From Malacoraja senta (taxonomy: Eukaryota), in the NCBI GenBank assembly GCA_038087875.1, contig JAXLNO010000656.1, positions 62,001 through 126,000 on the forward strand: a stretch of DNA of 64,000 nucleotides, given 5' to 3'. The notes under the pieces were generated by a model. It made no database searches and was not told where the DNA came from. It worked only from the letters and a program-made list of their open reading frames with translations. The position numbers and the translations under genes were made by a program. Shown piece after piece: positions 25,177 to 38,200 of the stretch (position 1 is the first letter of the stretch; every line of letters starts with the position of its first letter).

Positions 25177-27443
25177 ATAATATAATATGATTAGTTTTAA
25201 CCTGCAATTTGAGAAGGAGAACGTTAAATCGGAAGTGGCAGTGATGCAGTTGAACAAAGGGGACTATGAAGGCATGAGAGGGGAGCTGGCCAAGGTAGAC
25301 TGGAAAGGGAGCCTAGCAGCAATGACGGTGGAACAGCAATGGCAGGAATTTCGAGGCATAATCCGGAAGACGCAGGATCATTTCATTCCAAAAAGGAAGA
25401 AAGATTCTAAGGGGAGTAGGAGGCAACCGTGGCTGACAAGAGAAGTTAGGGATAGAATAAAACTAAAAGAAAAGATGTATAACACAGCAAAGAGTAGCCG
25501 GAAGCCAGAGGATTGGGAAACTTTCATAGGACAACAGAAGGAAACAAAACGGGCAATACGGGCTGAAAAGATGAATTACGAAGGGAAGCTGGCCAGGAAT
25601 ATAAAGAAGGACAGTAAAAGCTTCTTTAGATATGTTAAGGGAAAAAGAGTAGCAAAGTCAAATGTGGGTCCCTTGAAGGCAGACACGGGTGAAATTATTA
25701 TGGGCAACAAGGAAATGGCAGAAGAGTTGAATAGGTACTTCGGATCTATCTTCACTAAGGAAGACACAAACAATCTCCCAGTTGTACTGGAGGACAGAGG
25801 ATCTCAGGGGGTAGAGGAACTGAAAGAAATTTTCATTAGGCGAGAAATAGTATTGGGTAGGCTAATGGGACTGAAGGATGATAAATCCCCTGGACTTGAT
25901 GGTCTGCATCCCAGGGTCCTCAGGGAGGTGGCTCTAGAAATAGTGGACGCATTGTTGATCATTTTCCAATGTTCAATAGATTCAGGATCAGTTCCTGTGG
26001 ATTGGAGGATAGCTAATGTCATCCCATTTTTCAAGAAAGGAGCGAGAGAGAAAACGGGGAATTACAGCCCAGTTAGCCTGACTTCGGTGGTGGGAAAGAT
26101 GCTGGTCAATTATTAATGAGGTAATAATAGGGCATTTGGATAGCAGTAAAAGGATTAGTCCAAGTCAACATGGATTTATGAAAGGGAAATCATGCTTGAC
26201 TAATCTTCTGGAATTTTTTGAGGATGTGACAAGTAAAATGGATGAAGGGGTGCCAGTGGATGTAGTGTATCTAGACTTTCAGAAAGCCAATGATAAGGTC
26301 CCGCACGGGAGAATGGTGACTAAAATTAGAGCACATGGTATTGGGGGTAGGGTGTTGACATGGATAGAAAATTGGTTGGCAGACCAGAAGCAAAGAGTAG
26401 GAGTGAACGGGTTCTTTTCAGAATGGCAGGCAGTGGCGAGTGGAGTGCCGCAAGGCTCGGTGTTGGGGCCGCAACTGTTTACCATATATATTAATGATTT
26501 GGCAGAGGGAATTAGGAGCAACACTAGCAAGTTTGCGGATGACACAAAGCTGGGTGGCAGTGTGAGCTGTGAAGAGGGATGTTAGGAGGTTGCAGGGTGA
26601 CCTGGACAGGTTGAGTGAGGTGGGCAGATGCGTGGCAGATGCAGTATAATATAGATAAATGTGAGGTTATCCACTTTGGCGGCAAAAACAAGGGGGCAGA
26701 TTATTATCTCAATGGGGTTAGGTTAGGTAAGGGGGCGTCCTTGTACGTCACTGAAAGTTGGCGTGCAGGTACAGCAGGCGCTGAAGAAAGCTAATGGAAT
26801 GTTGGCCTTCATAACAAGAGGATTTCAGTATAGGAGTAAAGAGGTTCTTCTGCAGTTGTATAGGGCTCTGGTGAGATCACATCTGGAGTATTGTGTACAG
26901 TTTTGGTCTCCTAATTTGAGGAAGGAAATCCTTGTGATTGAAGCAGTGCAGCGTAGGTTCACGAGATTGATCCCTGGGATGGCGGGACTATCATATGAGG
27001 AAAGATTGAAAAGACTAGGCTTGTATTCACTGGAGTTTCGAAGGATGAGGGGATATCTTATAGAAACATATAAAATTATAAATGGACTGGATAAGCTAGA
27101 TGCAGGAAAAATGTTCCCAATGTTGGGCGAGTCCAGAACCAGGGGCCACAGTCTTGGAATAAAGGGGAGGTCATTTAAGACTGAGGTGAGAAAAAACTTT
27201 TTCACCCAGAGAGTTGTGAATTTATGGAATTCCCTGCCAAAGAGGGCAGTGGAGGCCAAGTCACTGGATGGATTTAAGAGAGAGTTAGATAGAGCTCTAG
27301 GAGCTAGTGGAATCAAGGGATATGGGGGAGAAGGCAGGCACGGGTTATTGATAGGGGACGATCAGCCATGATCACAATGAATGGCGGTGCTGGCTCGAAG
27401 GGCCGAATGGCCTCCTCCTGCACCTAGTTTCTATGTTTCTATG
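25177..27443 (+). mobile_element. CR1 LINE, 5'-truncated ORF2 (RT) with frameshifts
   Basis: ORFs 25187-26116, 26136-26585 ([35 protein letters not shown]) and 26763-27371; (TTTCTATG)n tail. Confidence 0.95.
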
Positions 27444-28463
27444 ATTCACCCCCTTAAATAGATGGATAGATAGATAGATCATGTCAGTCCTAAATGTATT
27501 GCGCCATATCCTGGAACCGTGAACCAACAGTTCTAGACCCACCAGGCTGTCAGTGGAAGCATCCTCTCTACAATTAGCTGTTGAATCTTATTTAATTTTT
27601 TGAAATTTATGGTCCTGTGGTGTCTTGACGGGATGTATCTGGGAAGGATGTTTCCTTTTGTGGGTTGCCCATTTTAAGATTAAGATGGCTTGCAATGTTT
27701 TCTGAAAATCGAAACTTTTTGGAAACTTCTTCCTCAAAGGATGTAGAAAAGAGTTTAATAGTTTTAAGACAGAGGCAGTTAGTTAAGACATGGGGTACTG
27801 GCTATTAGAGGTAGGACGGTTACAGTAGAGTGAATCATGATCTTTTTGAATAGCTGATGAGACTTGGAGTTGTGTGCTCAACTCCTTCTCATAATTTGTA
27901 ATTTGTGTGTGTGTATCATTATTTCCATCCTACATAATTTAAAATAGAATATATTAGCCCTTGGCTGAGGGAGTAGATCAAGGCTCCCTTTGAAATTTGA
28001 GGAAAGAAAATTTAATTGCCCTGAGATTTTCATGAACATCAAACTCCATAGCCTGATTCCCACTCGTGATGCGAATACTAGTATAATTGTAGATTCAAAG
28101 TCTCATTGCCAAAGTGTTAAAGTGCCAATAGCACAGTTCCCTTTAACTCCAGTGGACTTTGTACGTTGGACCCAAGAGATAAATGTTCAAAGCTACAAAT
28201 GACGGGCAGATTGTTCTCATTCGTCGACTTGTCATTATTGTGCCCCTGATGCCAAAACATCTCATGAAAGGCAGAAGCAATCAGCCCTTAGAATTGGTTC
28301 AGACATCATGTGCCTTTACTGAGAGTTTGCATCTCCAATTAGTACACCTACACTCGTATTCCTGCCATGAGTGGAATTAGGGTACGGCGTTAAATAATTG
28401 TAAAATTACAATTGCAAGGTCACATTATTGTTGATCCATATCACATAAGCATTTTGGCACACT

Positions 28464-28812
28464 CAGCAGAGTGGCACAGCAGGCAGAACTATTGCCTCAC
28501 AGCCCCAGAGACCTGTGTCAATCCTGACCTGGGGTACTAACATTATGGAGTTTGCATGTTCTCTTTGTGACCGCGAGGATATCCTCTGGGTACTCCAATT
28601 TCCTCGCATATCACAAAAGTCATGCAGGTTTGTACGTTAATTAGTCGCTGTGAGGACGCGAGAATTTGTAAGTTAATTGGCCTCTGTAAATTGCCCTAAA
28701 GTGTGCAAGGAGTGGATGAGAAAGTGGGATAACATAGAATTAGTGTAAACGGGTGATCATTGGTCGACATGAACTCGGTGGATTGAAGTTTGCATTTCCA
28801 TGCTACATCTCT
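28464..28812 (+). mobile_element. tRNA-derived SINE (HE1-like), degenerate
   Basis: gtggcacagc..ttgcctcacagc..cagagacc..aatcctgacc head; homologous to 44807-45109. Confidence 0.75.
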
Positions 28813-28935
28813 TTTTTGTTTTAAACATAGCATTGTTTTTTTTCATTAATGCTGTCAAAGATTATTTACAATTATAATTAATTGTGCTAAATCAACTTTG
28901 GAAGATTTTCCATGATTGACTGTACTGGAAACTTA

Positions 28936-29553
28936 ACTTTCATAGCGAGAGGATTTGAGTATAGGAGCAAGGAGGTCATACCGCAGTGGTACAGGGCCCT
29001 GGTGAGACCGCACCTGGAGTATTGTGTGAAGTTGTGGTCTCCTAATTTGAGGAAGGACATTCTTGCTAATGAGGGAGTACAGTGTCGGTACACCAGGTTA
29101 ATTCCTGGGATGGCGGGAATGACATATGATGCAAGAATAGATCGACTGGGCTTATATTCACTGGAATTTAGAAGGATGAGAGGATATCTTATAGAAACAT
29201 AAAATTCTTCAGGGATTGGACAGACTAGATGCAGAAAAATATTCCCGATGATGGGGGAGTCCAGAACCAGTTATCACAGTTTAAGAATAAGGGATGGGCC
29301 ATTTAGGATTGAGATGAGGAAAAACATCTTCACCCAGAGAGTTGTGAATCTAAGGAATTCTCTGCCACAGAAGGCAGTGGAGGCCAATTCACTGGATGTA
29401 TTCAAGAGAGAGTTAGATTTAGCTCTTTGGGCTAATGGAATGAAGGGATATGGGGAGAAAGCAGAAACCGGGTACTGGTTCTGGATGATCATCCATGGTC
29501 ATATTGAATGGCGGTACTGGCTCGAATGGCCGAATGGCCTACTCCTGCACCTA
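28936..29553 (+). mobile_element. CR1 LINE 3' portion
   Basis: ORFs 28912-29202 and 29248-29568 match the CR1 ORF2 C-terminus. Confidence 0.9.
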
Positions 29554-30920
29554 TCTGTACATAACTAAAGCTCTGATCTTGTGCTCATCCGGTTTGCGTG
29601 GTTTTTCTATTTGCGCAAAAATGGTACACGATAGTGCTACGATTTTTCGCCATTTTACTCACCATTCTCCTGTGAGGCAAGTGCAATAAGTCTGATTCTG
29701 ATCTATGGTATATTTTAAAAGTTATTAAGGTATAAAAATCTTAAAAACCGTGCATGTGCAGATTGGTCTCTTCTCCTGTCAGTCAGCGCCACGCAGATTC
29801 GTCTCCTCTCCTGTCAGTCAACGCCACGGCCGGGACGGCGACTCTCTTTCCTGCACCGTGGCCTCCCCCACCTCACTCACAAACTCCTCCGGGACGGGAC
29901 CGCCAATGCCGCAGAGGGTGGCCTTGGGGGGGGGGGGGTCAGTGGAGGCCCTGGTCCCATCTCTCTCTCCCACACTCACCTGCTCGCACTCTGCGGCAAT
30001 GGCGGTCCAGTCTACCCGTCCCACCAGGTGAAAGGCTGCGACCGTCCGTCTCCTCCGCCACCGCTGCGGTAACTCACCATCACGACCCTCTCGGAGGAGA
30101 TCTTCTCCACCAGCTCGTCGAAACTCGTGGTGCCCACCGTAACTAACACAGACTCCATCCCCCGCCCGGCCCGGTGGCAGCAGCGAGCATGCAGGCGGGT
30201 GGGTAGGGTGGGGACGGGCCGAGAGGCAGCAGCGGTCTGGCAGGATGGGGATGGGCCGAATGGCGGCTAAGTCAGAGGAGACGGACGGTTGCATCCATCC
30301 ACCCGGGAGGGAGGGGGAGTCGGATTGCAGGGTGACCGAGCAGTTTGTGCGGAGTTTAGCACACGCACACCCACACCCTCACACACACACACACACACAC
30401 CCTCACACACACCCACACACAAACTGATGCTGCTCTTTATGGAGGGAGTGGCTGATGGTAGGAGAAGGGAGAGGTGAGGGAGGGATTAGGGGAGGAGGAG
30501 AGGGGAAAGATCCTGGGGAGGTGAGGAGGGGTTAGGCAGGGAGGGGGGAGTGGGGGTGGTATGGAGTGGGGAATAGAGGGAGAGGAGGGCAGTGGGTGAG
30601 GTCAGGAGGGATAGTGTGGGGAGGTTAGGGGGAGGTGAGGAGTGGGGGCGATAGGAGGGGGGTAGGAAGGGAAGAGGAGTGAGGGAGTGACTGAGGGTAG
30701 GGGTAAGGAGAGGGAGGGAGAGGTGAAGGAGGGATTGGGGAGGGGAGAAGGAGGGGGGAAAGAAGAGGGAAGGGAAGATGAGGGGGAGGGAGTGTGGTGG
30801 GGATGAGGGGAAATGAGCTGCGCCTGCGCAGTTGGGGGCTATGCGTGAGAGGTGGAATATTGCGTTGGGGGAACAGGTGAGTGGTGGAATATTGCTTTGG
30901 GGGAGCAAACCCCAAGGGAG
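29554..30920 (+). mobile_element. Probable non-autonomous Helitron-like element with GC-rich and polypurine interior
   Basis: Begins A|TCTGTACATAACTAAAGCTCTG (Helitron-like 5' TC after A). Contains (CA)n at about 30360-30420, a GA-rich tract at 30460-30810 and a duplicated ggtggaatattgc..ggggg near the end. No CTAG terminus seen. Confidence 0.45.
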
Positions 30921-32569
30921 CTTTTGGGGGGCATGAATATTGACCCTTGATTTGCAGTTTTATTTTCTATCACTGAAGAGCTTACATCTACAGTACAGAA
31001 GGAAGCATTTGACTAATTGTGCCAGCCAATTCTTTATTAGACCATATCCCCAAACTAATCTGGGTTCTGGATTTCCCTCTGCTTCGATTATTTTAATCTA
31101 ACTCAGTCTAATGTTCCCTTAAATTATGCAATGATCTCTGCCTCAATTATTTTCGAATGCTCTCAGAAAACTCTGAATGATGAAAGCAATTGATGTTCAT
31201 ATTATGAAATCATTCTAAAGTTAGATCCACACCTCGTAATCATTTAAATAATTTACTGTATATGTGCATAGAATACTATAGAAGAGATGAGAGCAGATGA
31301 GTGAATGAGATCTCCATTTTGGCAGAAAGGTTATTAGTTCTATACAATAATGTAGGTAAGTAGATGTTCAATAAAGCAGGTAAGATGGAGTTTGCAAAAA
31401 GCACGATTGGCACATTGAAGGCTTGCAGTTATAAACTATTCTTCCCATGCAAACACGCAATCCATGGACAGCAATTTCTCCCATATGATATCAGTAAGAA
31501 GAGCTAACCCCACGAGAGGACCATAATTTCTTATATTTGCAAATAAAGATAAATAATTGTCAGTATTTAATTGGTTTAGCAAATAAAATTGGATGGTGTG
31601 CAATTATTCTGGAAATAACTTCAAATCATTTAAATCTGCCAAGGGAGTTGAATTAAAAGTTAATCAATGATCCACTAGTTATCTGTTCCAGTTTAACAAA
31701 CAAAAACTGGTACATAGCTGACACAACTGACATAACAATCCATTCGTGTGCAAAGCATGTACACAGTGGATTCCGAAAAATATAGAAAAGGGTTATTATA
31801 AAAACAATTCTCGTATCTAATTATTTCTTCTCCCAAAAGTGAAATGGTATGGAAATTAATGAACATGGACTATACAAGTTAGAGATGTGCTATTGGTAAA
31901 TGATAGATTGGCTCTGACTGACATTTGGTTCCAGTGGGAGTTTTTTTTTTGAAAAACTTCTACACTAAATGAAATTTGTTTGTTAATTATGAAAGATTGA
32001 CTTCAATGTATAGTGAAATTGCCTGAGCATGGATCCACTTATTTTATGCTAAATTATTTTATGATTAATTTCTTTGCCAGTTTGTTTGTCAGTTAGCCAT
32101 TTGGTTCCTTGCATTAAAATAGATTTACTTTTGTATTTCTCCCATGTGCCTATTCACAGCCATGTGTTCTGTCTACTGGACAGGGGTTATGATAATCCGC
32201 CCACCCTACAAGTTCAGTGTTAAATGTTGTGGAATCCTCAATGTTTTGCATCATAATTTTGTTAGAACCTTGGTGTTTCTGTTAGTGATGGCATTGAACG
32301 TAGTGCCACATAGCTCAACATTATTTTCAGAATGCCTATTGATTCACATTGATGTGCATGGCATTCCAAATTCCATCTTATATGGTAGACTTCCAATAGT
32401 CACACCACATTGATGTAAATAGGTCCAATTTATTGCACATGAGATTAATGCTCTTTAATCATTTCTCCATTAATGATCTGAGCACTTTGGATACATATCC
32501 TTTGCCCCCTTCTCAAGGGTGGTTCGCTTCAATAAGCTCTTCCATTCCCATCTGCACTATAAAGTGCTA

Positions 32570-32910
32570 GATAGGGGAGACTGGCAGAACCTTTTTCCCC
32601 AAGATTGAAATGTCAAATACTAGATAGTGTAGCTTTAAGGTGAGAGGGGCAAAGTTTAAAGGAGATGTGCATGGCAAGTTTATTTTACACAGAAGGTGGT
32701 GAGTGCCTGCAACGCGCGACTGGCGGTGATGGTGGAGGCAGATATGATAGTGGCATTTAAGAAACTCTTGGATATGCACATGGATATGCAGAGAATGGAA
32801 GGATATAGGTTATGTGCAGGCAGATATAAGAATTGGTCTTGGCATCATGTTTGTCACAGACATTGAGGGCCCAAGGGCCTGTTCCTGTGCGGTATTGTTC
32901 TCTGTTCTAT
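32570..32910 (+). mobile_element. CR1-like LINE 3' end
   Basis: tttaaggtgagaggggcaaagtttaaaggagatgtg...aagggcctgttcctgtgc..gttctat tail. Confidence 0.75.
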
Positions 32911-33894
32911 CTCTATTGTATGACAATCTACCTGACCTTATAACCACTTACTCAAGAAGCTGTTTCCATCCTGATCCCCGAGTATGTTATTCTCGTCAGA
33001 GATGGAGAAATTGAAGTTAGCAGTATTTAATAGGTATATCTCTCAATCAAAACCTATCGATGGTAAAAAAATTCTAAATAAAACTGAATTGTGTGAAGAA
33101 TAATGTTTCAGAGGAAATAATTGAGCAGCTAATGGGAGGTAGAGGTCCCAAGAACAACCCATCCTGAAATCTATTATTTCTCCATCTACTGTACTATATA
33201 TATCCCCAGAGGATTCCAGATTAACCAAGTGTGATTTTACTTTCATACAATCTATTCAATTGTTTTACTATTCCCTAAGACATTTGATATCACAGCTGTT
33301 ACTATAGATTCCAGCATTCCGAGGTTAGGCTCACAGGTCAGTAGTTTGTTATTTTATTTCATTTTTTAATTGGTCACATTTGCTGTTGTCCAATCTCATC
33401 GACACATTACAGAATGTATACAATTTCAGAAGAGTGATAACTAAATAATCCACTATCTTTGCAGTCACCTCATTCAAAATTCTAGGATGTAGATCATAGC
33501 TTGTTGAGATTATTATTTTACATTTATCATTTAAATATGCTTATTAGCTCCTCTACCTGTAAACATCTTTTGAAAAAGTTGTTTAGGTAATTTCCATGGT
33601 TCATGTAGTACAAAATGGCAATGTTAATCAGATAATGAAGCCTTGGTCACACGTTCATGCTTTGCACAGCCACTCCCCCCACCCCCCCCCCCCCCCCCCC
33701 CAAGGCCTTTTCTTTCAACTCCAGTATTAACATGTTTCATCTTTATGAGCATAATAAAATGTGTGGTGGGCGGGGGGGGGGGGGGGGAGGCTGGTTGGGG
33801 TGGGAGGGTGGTTACATCACTGAAGTTAATTCAAGGGGCTGAATAGAGATGATGAGTCAAAGCCAGTATATCTGATAATGTTTAGAGATTAAGT

Positions 33895-34155
33895 AAACAT
33901 AGAAACATAGAAAATAGGTTTCTATGTTTACTTAGTAGGAGTAGGCCATTCCTCCCTTTGAGCCAGCACCGCTATTCAATATGATCATGGCTGATCATCC
34001 AGAATCAGTACCCCGTTCCTGCTTTCTCTGAATATCCCTTGATTCCGTTTGCCCTAAAAACTAAAACTCTCTCTTGAATACATCCAGTGAATTGGCCTCC
34101 ACCGCCTTCCGTGGCAGAGATTTCCACAGATTCAGAACTCTCGGGGTGAAAAAGC
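33895..34155 (-). mobile_element. CR1 LINE 3' end
   Basis: (CATAGAAA)n tail followed by the reverse complement of the CR1 3' UTR. Confidence 0.85.
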
Positions 34156-35258
34156 AATAGTAGTTTTGTGCAATTTGATCAAGTTGACCCAGTAACCTCT
34201 GCTAAAACTGATTAGTTTTAAATTCATCGTACGTGATGATGATGGACACTTGGATGCATAACATTGGGTTGATTTATCACGTTATTCTCCAGCTAAGATG
34301 TCAATCCACAATAACAGTGTCTCATTTACATATCTTCTACCTACTGTGTGGAAAAAAAGTCTACATATCAGATGCTTGTAACAATAAATCTATATTATAT
34401 GTAAGGTGAAGTTACGCTTGCCAATTTTGTTGTGCTAAAATCTGATGTTTGTTAGTTATTGCCTCTGGGCTTTAATTAACTTGGTACATAGAAATTGCAT
34501 TTGAAAGCAATTATTTTCCTAAACAAGGTTTTAATGATGTTCTTGAACAACAAATGGAACAGAATTTTCTCCCCATAGAAAACATTCAGTCCTGAGGACT
34601 GTTCAGCATCTGCCAACCCCAAGCTTCCGCCATAGTAGAATAATTTCGGCTGCAGTCTTGCTTGCTGCCTAATTTCTAAGTTGATGTCAAATTATGTTTG
34701 ATTTGTTTTTTATAGAAATGCTTAAGCCCTTCTATATTTTGTACAGGTTGTCAAAGCAACCTCTGCAACTGCTCATCCATTCTGCATTGTTTTTTTGTCT
34801 CTGCTGCCCAGAAAGCCTATTGGGGCCAATGCTGAATGTTCAAGATGCCCTCGTATACACATCTATTTTTTGCAATAAGCTTGTTTATTTTCAAAATGTT
34901 TTGTATTCAAAGGAGTTTATAAATATGAATAATATGGAACAGCAACCTGCATTTGTCAGTAGGCAAACTAGCAAGAAGACTGATCTCTCTTTATATTTGA
35001 ACAGACAGATTTAATTTTTTATCAGTCAAGTGTTTTATTGTCATATGTACTGAAATGCAACAAATGAAATGAAGTTTGAGCATTCAAATCACAGTGATGC
35101 AATTGGGTAAATTGGATTGCAATATCCATATTGTGGTTTAAATTGCTTTATGTGCATATGAGCATATTTAAAAATTACAATTGAGGACATCCGGTGGCGC
35201 TGTTGCTAGCTGCCTCCGCCTTCAGTCCGGTATCTTTTTGTTTTTTTGTTATGTTTGA

Positions 35259-38200
35259 AGAACATTGTTCATTATTGTCAATTTACTGTCTGGGGACATC
35301 AACCTCAACCCTGGCCCAAAAGGTCAGCACCGTGGACGTAAACCAAAGTACCCGTGTGGTTTGTCTTTAACAGCTCATTTGCTGTTAAAGATTCTGGCAT
35401 TCAGTGCCCGATGTGCACAAGTTGGTTTCACCTGAACTGCTCCAATGTGTCAAACGACACTTTTGGTTTTCACTCCATAAATCCAAATGCCATCTGGTTA
35501 TGCCCATTGTGCGATGTCATCAACCTTGCCAGCTCATTTTTTGACTCGTCAAGCGACCTTACAAGTATGCTCAACTTGAGCAATTCATTTGAAAGTCTCA
35601 CATCTCTGAGTGATGACCCTGATTGTGACGTATGGAATCATGAGAATTTAAGATCATCCAGCCCAAATTGTGCTGGCCACTTACCAAAAATAACACTTAA
35701 AAAAAATGCTCCTGAGTGGCTTTGTGGAACGACATCCAAAGCAACACCAACATCCAAAGCAGAGAAAAACCCTCTGCTGAAATGTGCGAAGACAAAGGAT
35801 GGCTGGACCGTTGTTGGGAAAGATGGTAAAAGTAATACCCCTGATGATGACAATCCTCCATCCTCCCCCTACACCAGCTATCACACCCGTCAACATGTTA
35901 ATGGACAAAGAAATGCGTGTAATGGTGATGCTCAAAAGGAGATTCATGGTACCAACAAAGATATTGATCGCAATGATGTCAGCAATGAACATGGGATCAA
36001 AATCGCTGTTATAAATTGCCGCAGTATAAGAGGAAAATGTGCTGTGATCAATTCATTTATTGAAACTGAAAACCCTGATATCCTTATTGGGTCTGAATCT
36101 TGGCTGGACCCATCAATCAAATCTGCTGAGATTTTCCCTCCTCACCTTCAAATTTTTAGAAAGGACAGAAACTCGCATGGAGGCGGTGTCTTCATCGGAG
36201 TTAACAATACCATTCCTTGTTTTGAACGTACAGACTTAAACAGCGACTCTGAGCAAATCTGGTGTCAAGCTACACTCGAGGGTCAGTCGTTACAGATCGG
36301 AAGCTTTTACCGACCACCTAGCATGAAAACTGAGCCTCTTTTAGACCTTGGATCAATCATCTCCAAAATTTATGCCTCGTCACGCTCTCCATTTATCATC
36401 CTGGGGGGCGATTTCAATGTCCCAGGTGTAGATTGGTCTGACGGCATACAAAGTGAACCAGAAGGAGCTCTCCAGGAAGCCCTAGCTGACCTTACTCTGG
36501 AAAATCACCTGTCCCAAAAAGTCACTTTCCCTACCAGACGTGATGAGACAAGTGGCACCGAAAATACTCTAGATTTATTGTTCACTTCTCACCCAGATTT
36601 AATTTCGGAAGTTTCATCGTGTGCTGGAATTAGCGATCATTATATTATCCAAGCAAAACTGCACACAAAGCTTAAAGTTCCCTCAAAGCCACCGCGTAAA
36701 ATTTCCCTCTGGAGAAAAGTGAACAGCGAGGAATTTAAAGTCTTGGCAAAAAAACTGGGAAAAGATTTCTTCAACCTGCAACCAGATAAAAGATCCGTAA
36801 ATGACAACTGGGTGTGGCTGAGAAACTCTTTAAATAATATTGTTACAAATCATGTTCCTCAAAAACTCATTAAGGGCCGTATGCGTCCTCCTTGGTTTTC
36901 GGCAAAACTGAAACGTCTCTGCAGTAAGAAAGAGAAGTCTTATATCCGTACCAAAAAAAAGGGTACAAAACTGGACTGGGACAATTTTACTAGAATGCAA
37001 AAGCAAGTCGATCGTGCTATTAGGAGTGCTCATAGACAACATGTTTCTTCTATTCTTGGGGGAGAGCAACCCAAGGCTTTTTGGAGATATGTGAAATCCA
37101 GACGGACAGACAACACAGGTGTCCAGATGCTTAAAGTGAACAACTAACTGTCTGATCACTGAGGACCAGGCGAAAGCAGAAGCTCTTGCAAACCAATTCC
37201 AACACGTTTTCACCCGGGAAGATATGGAGCCTTCATCATTTCCAGTTCTACCGCCCAGCCCGTATGCTGATATGCCTGCTATTAAAATTGAGGTTGAAGG
37301 TGTCAAGAAGTTATTGCTCAACATCAATACCACAAAAGCAATTGGACCAGATCAGATACAGAATCAAGCCCTCAAGATCGCAGCCGAAGAACTGGCTCCA
37401 GTTTTGCAGTTCATTTTCCAACAATCGCTTGACTCAGGTGAAGTTCCGCTGGATTGGAGGAAGGCTAACATCACTCCTCTCTTTAAGAAAGGTTCAACCA
37501 CCAACCCAGCGAATTATCGTCCTGTTTCATTAACAAGTACTTGCTGCAAATTACTGGAGCATGTAATTGATAGTAATCTGATGCGACATGTGAGCAAACA
37601 TAATATTCTTGCTGACAACCAACATGCATTTAGGAGGCATAGATCATGTGAGTCTCAGCTTATCCTGACGACAAATGACCTGGCCAAACATCTTGATGGT
37701 AATGTCATCACGGATTTAGTAGTGCTGGACTTTTCTAAAGCATTTGATGTCATCCCACACCAGAGACTGCTTCGGAAGCTTGACTTCTATGGTATTCGTT
37801 CCAACACGAAACGATGGATTTCCAGTTTCCTGACAAAACGTCTTCAGCGTGTGTGTGTGAACGGAAAGAGCTCCAATTGGCATCCAGTGTTGAGTGGTAC
37901 ACCTCAGGGCACAGTACTTGGCCCACATCTGTTTTTGCTTTACATAAACGACATCCATGAAAAAGTCGCAAGCACGACCAGACTATTCGCTGATGATTGT
38001 TTGCTGTACCGTCCATTTAAGTCAGCTGATGATGAAGATGCTCTCCAAAAGGACCTCGATACAATGGTTGAGTGGTCACACCAATGGGGCATGCAGTTCA
38101 ACCCTTCCAAATGTGAAACCATGCGTGTCACCAGAAAGAGGAATCCAGGCAAAACATCGTACAATATACTTGGTACCATCCTTGAAGAATCCAAACAAAC

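Noticed and set aside
33675..33788. Poly-C followed by poly-G tracts (possible hairpin or G-quadruplex)
   Set aside because: Homopolymer C/G runs recur throughout the window (8533, 9778, 24097, 38989) and their lengths are error-prone; no other support.
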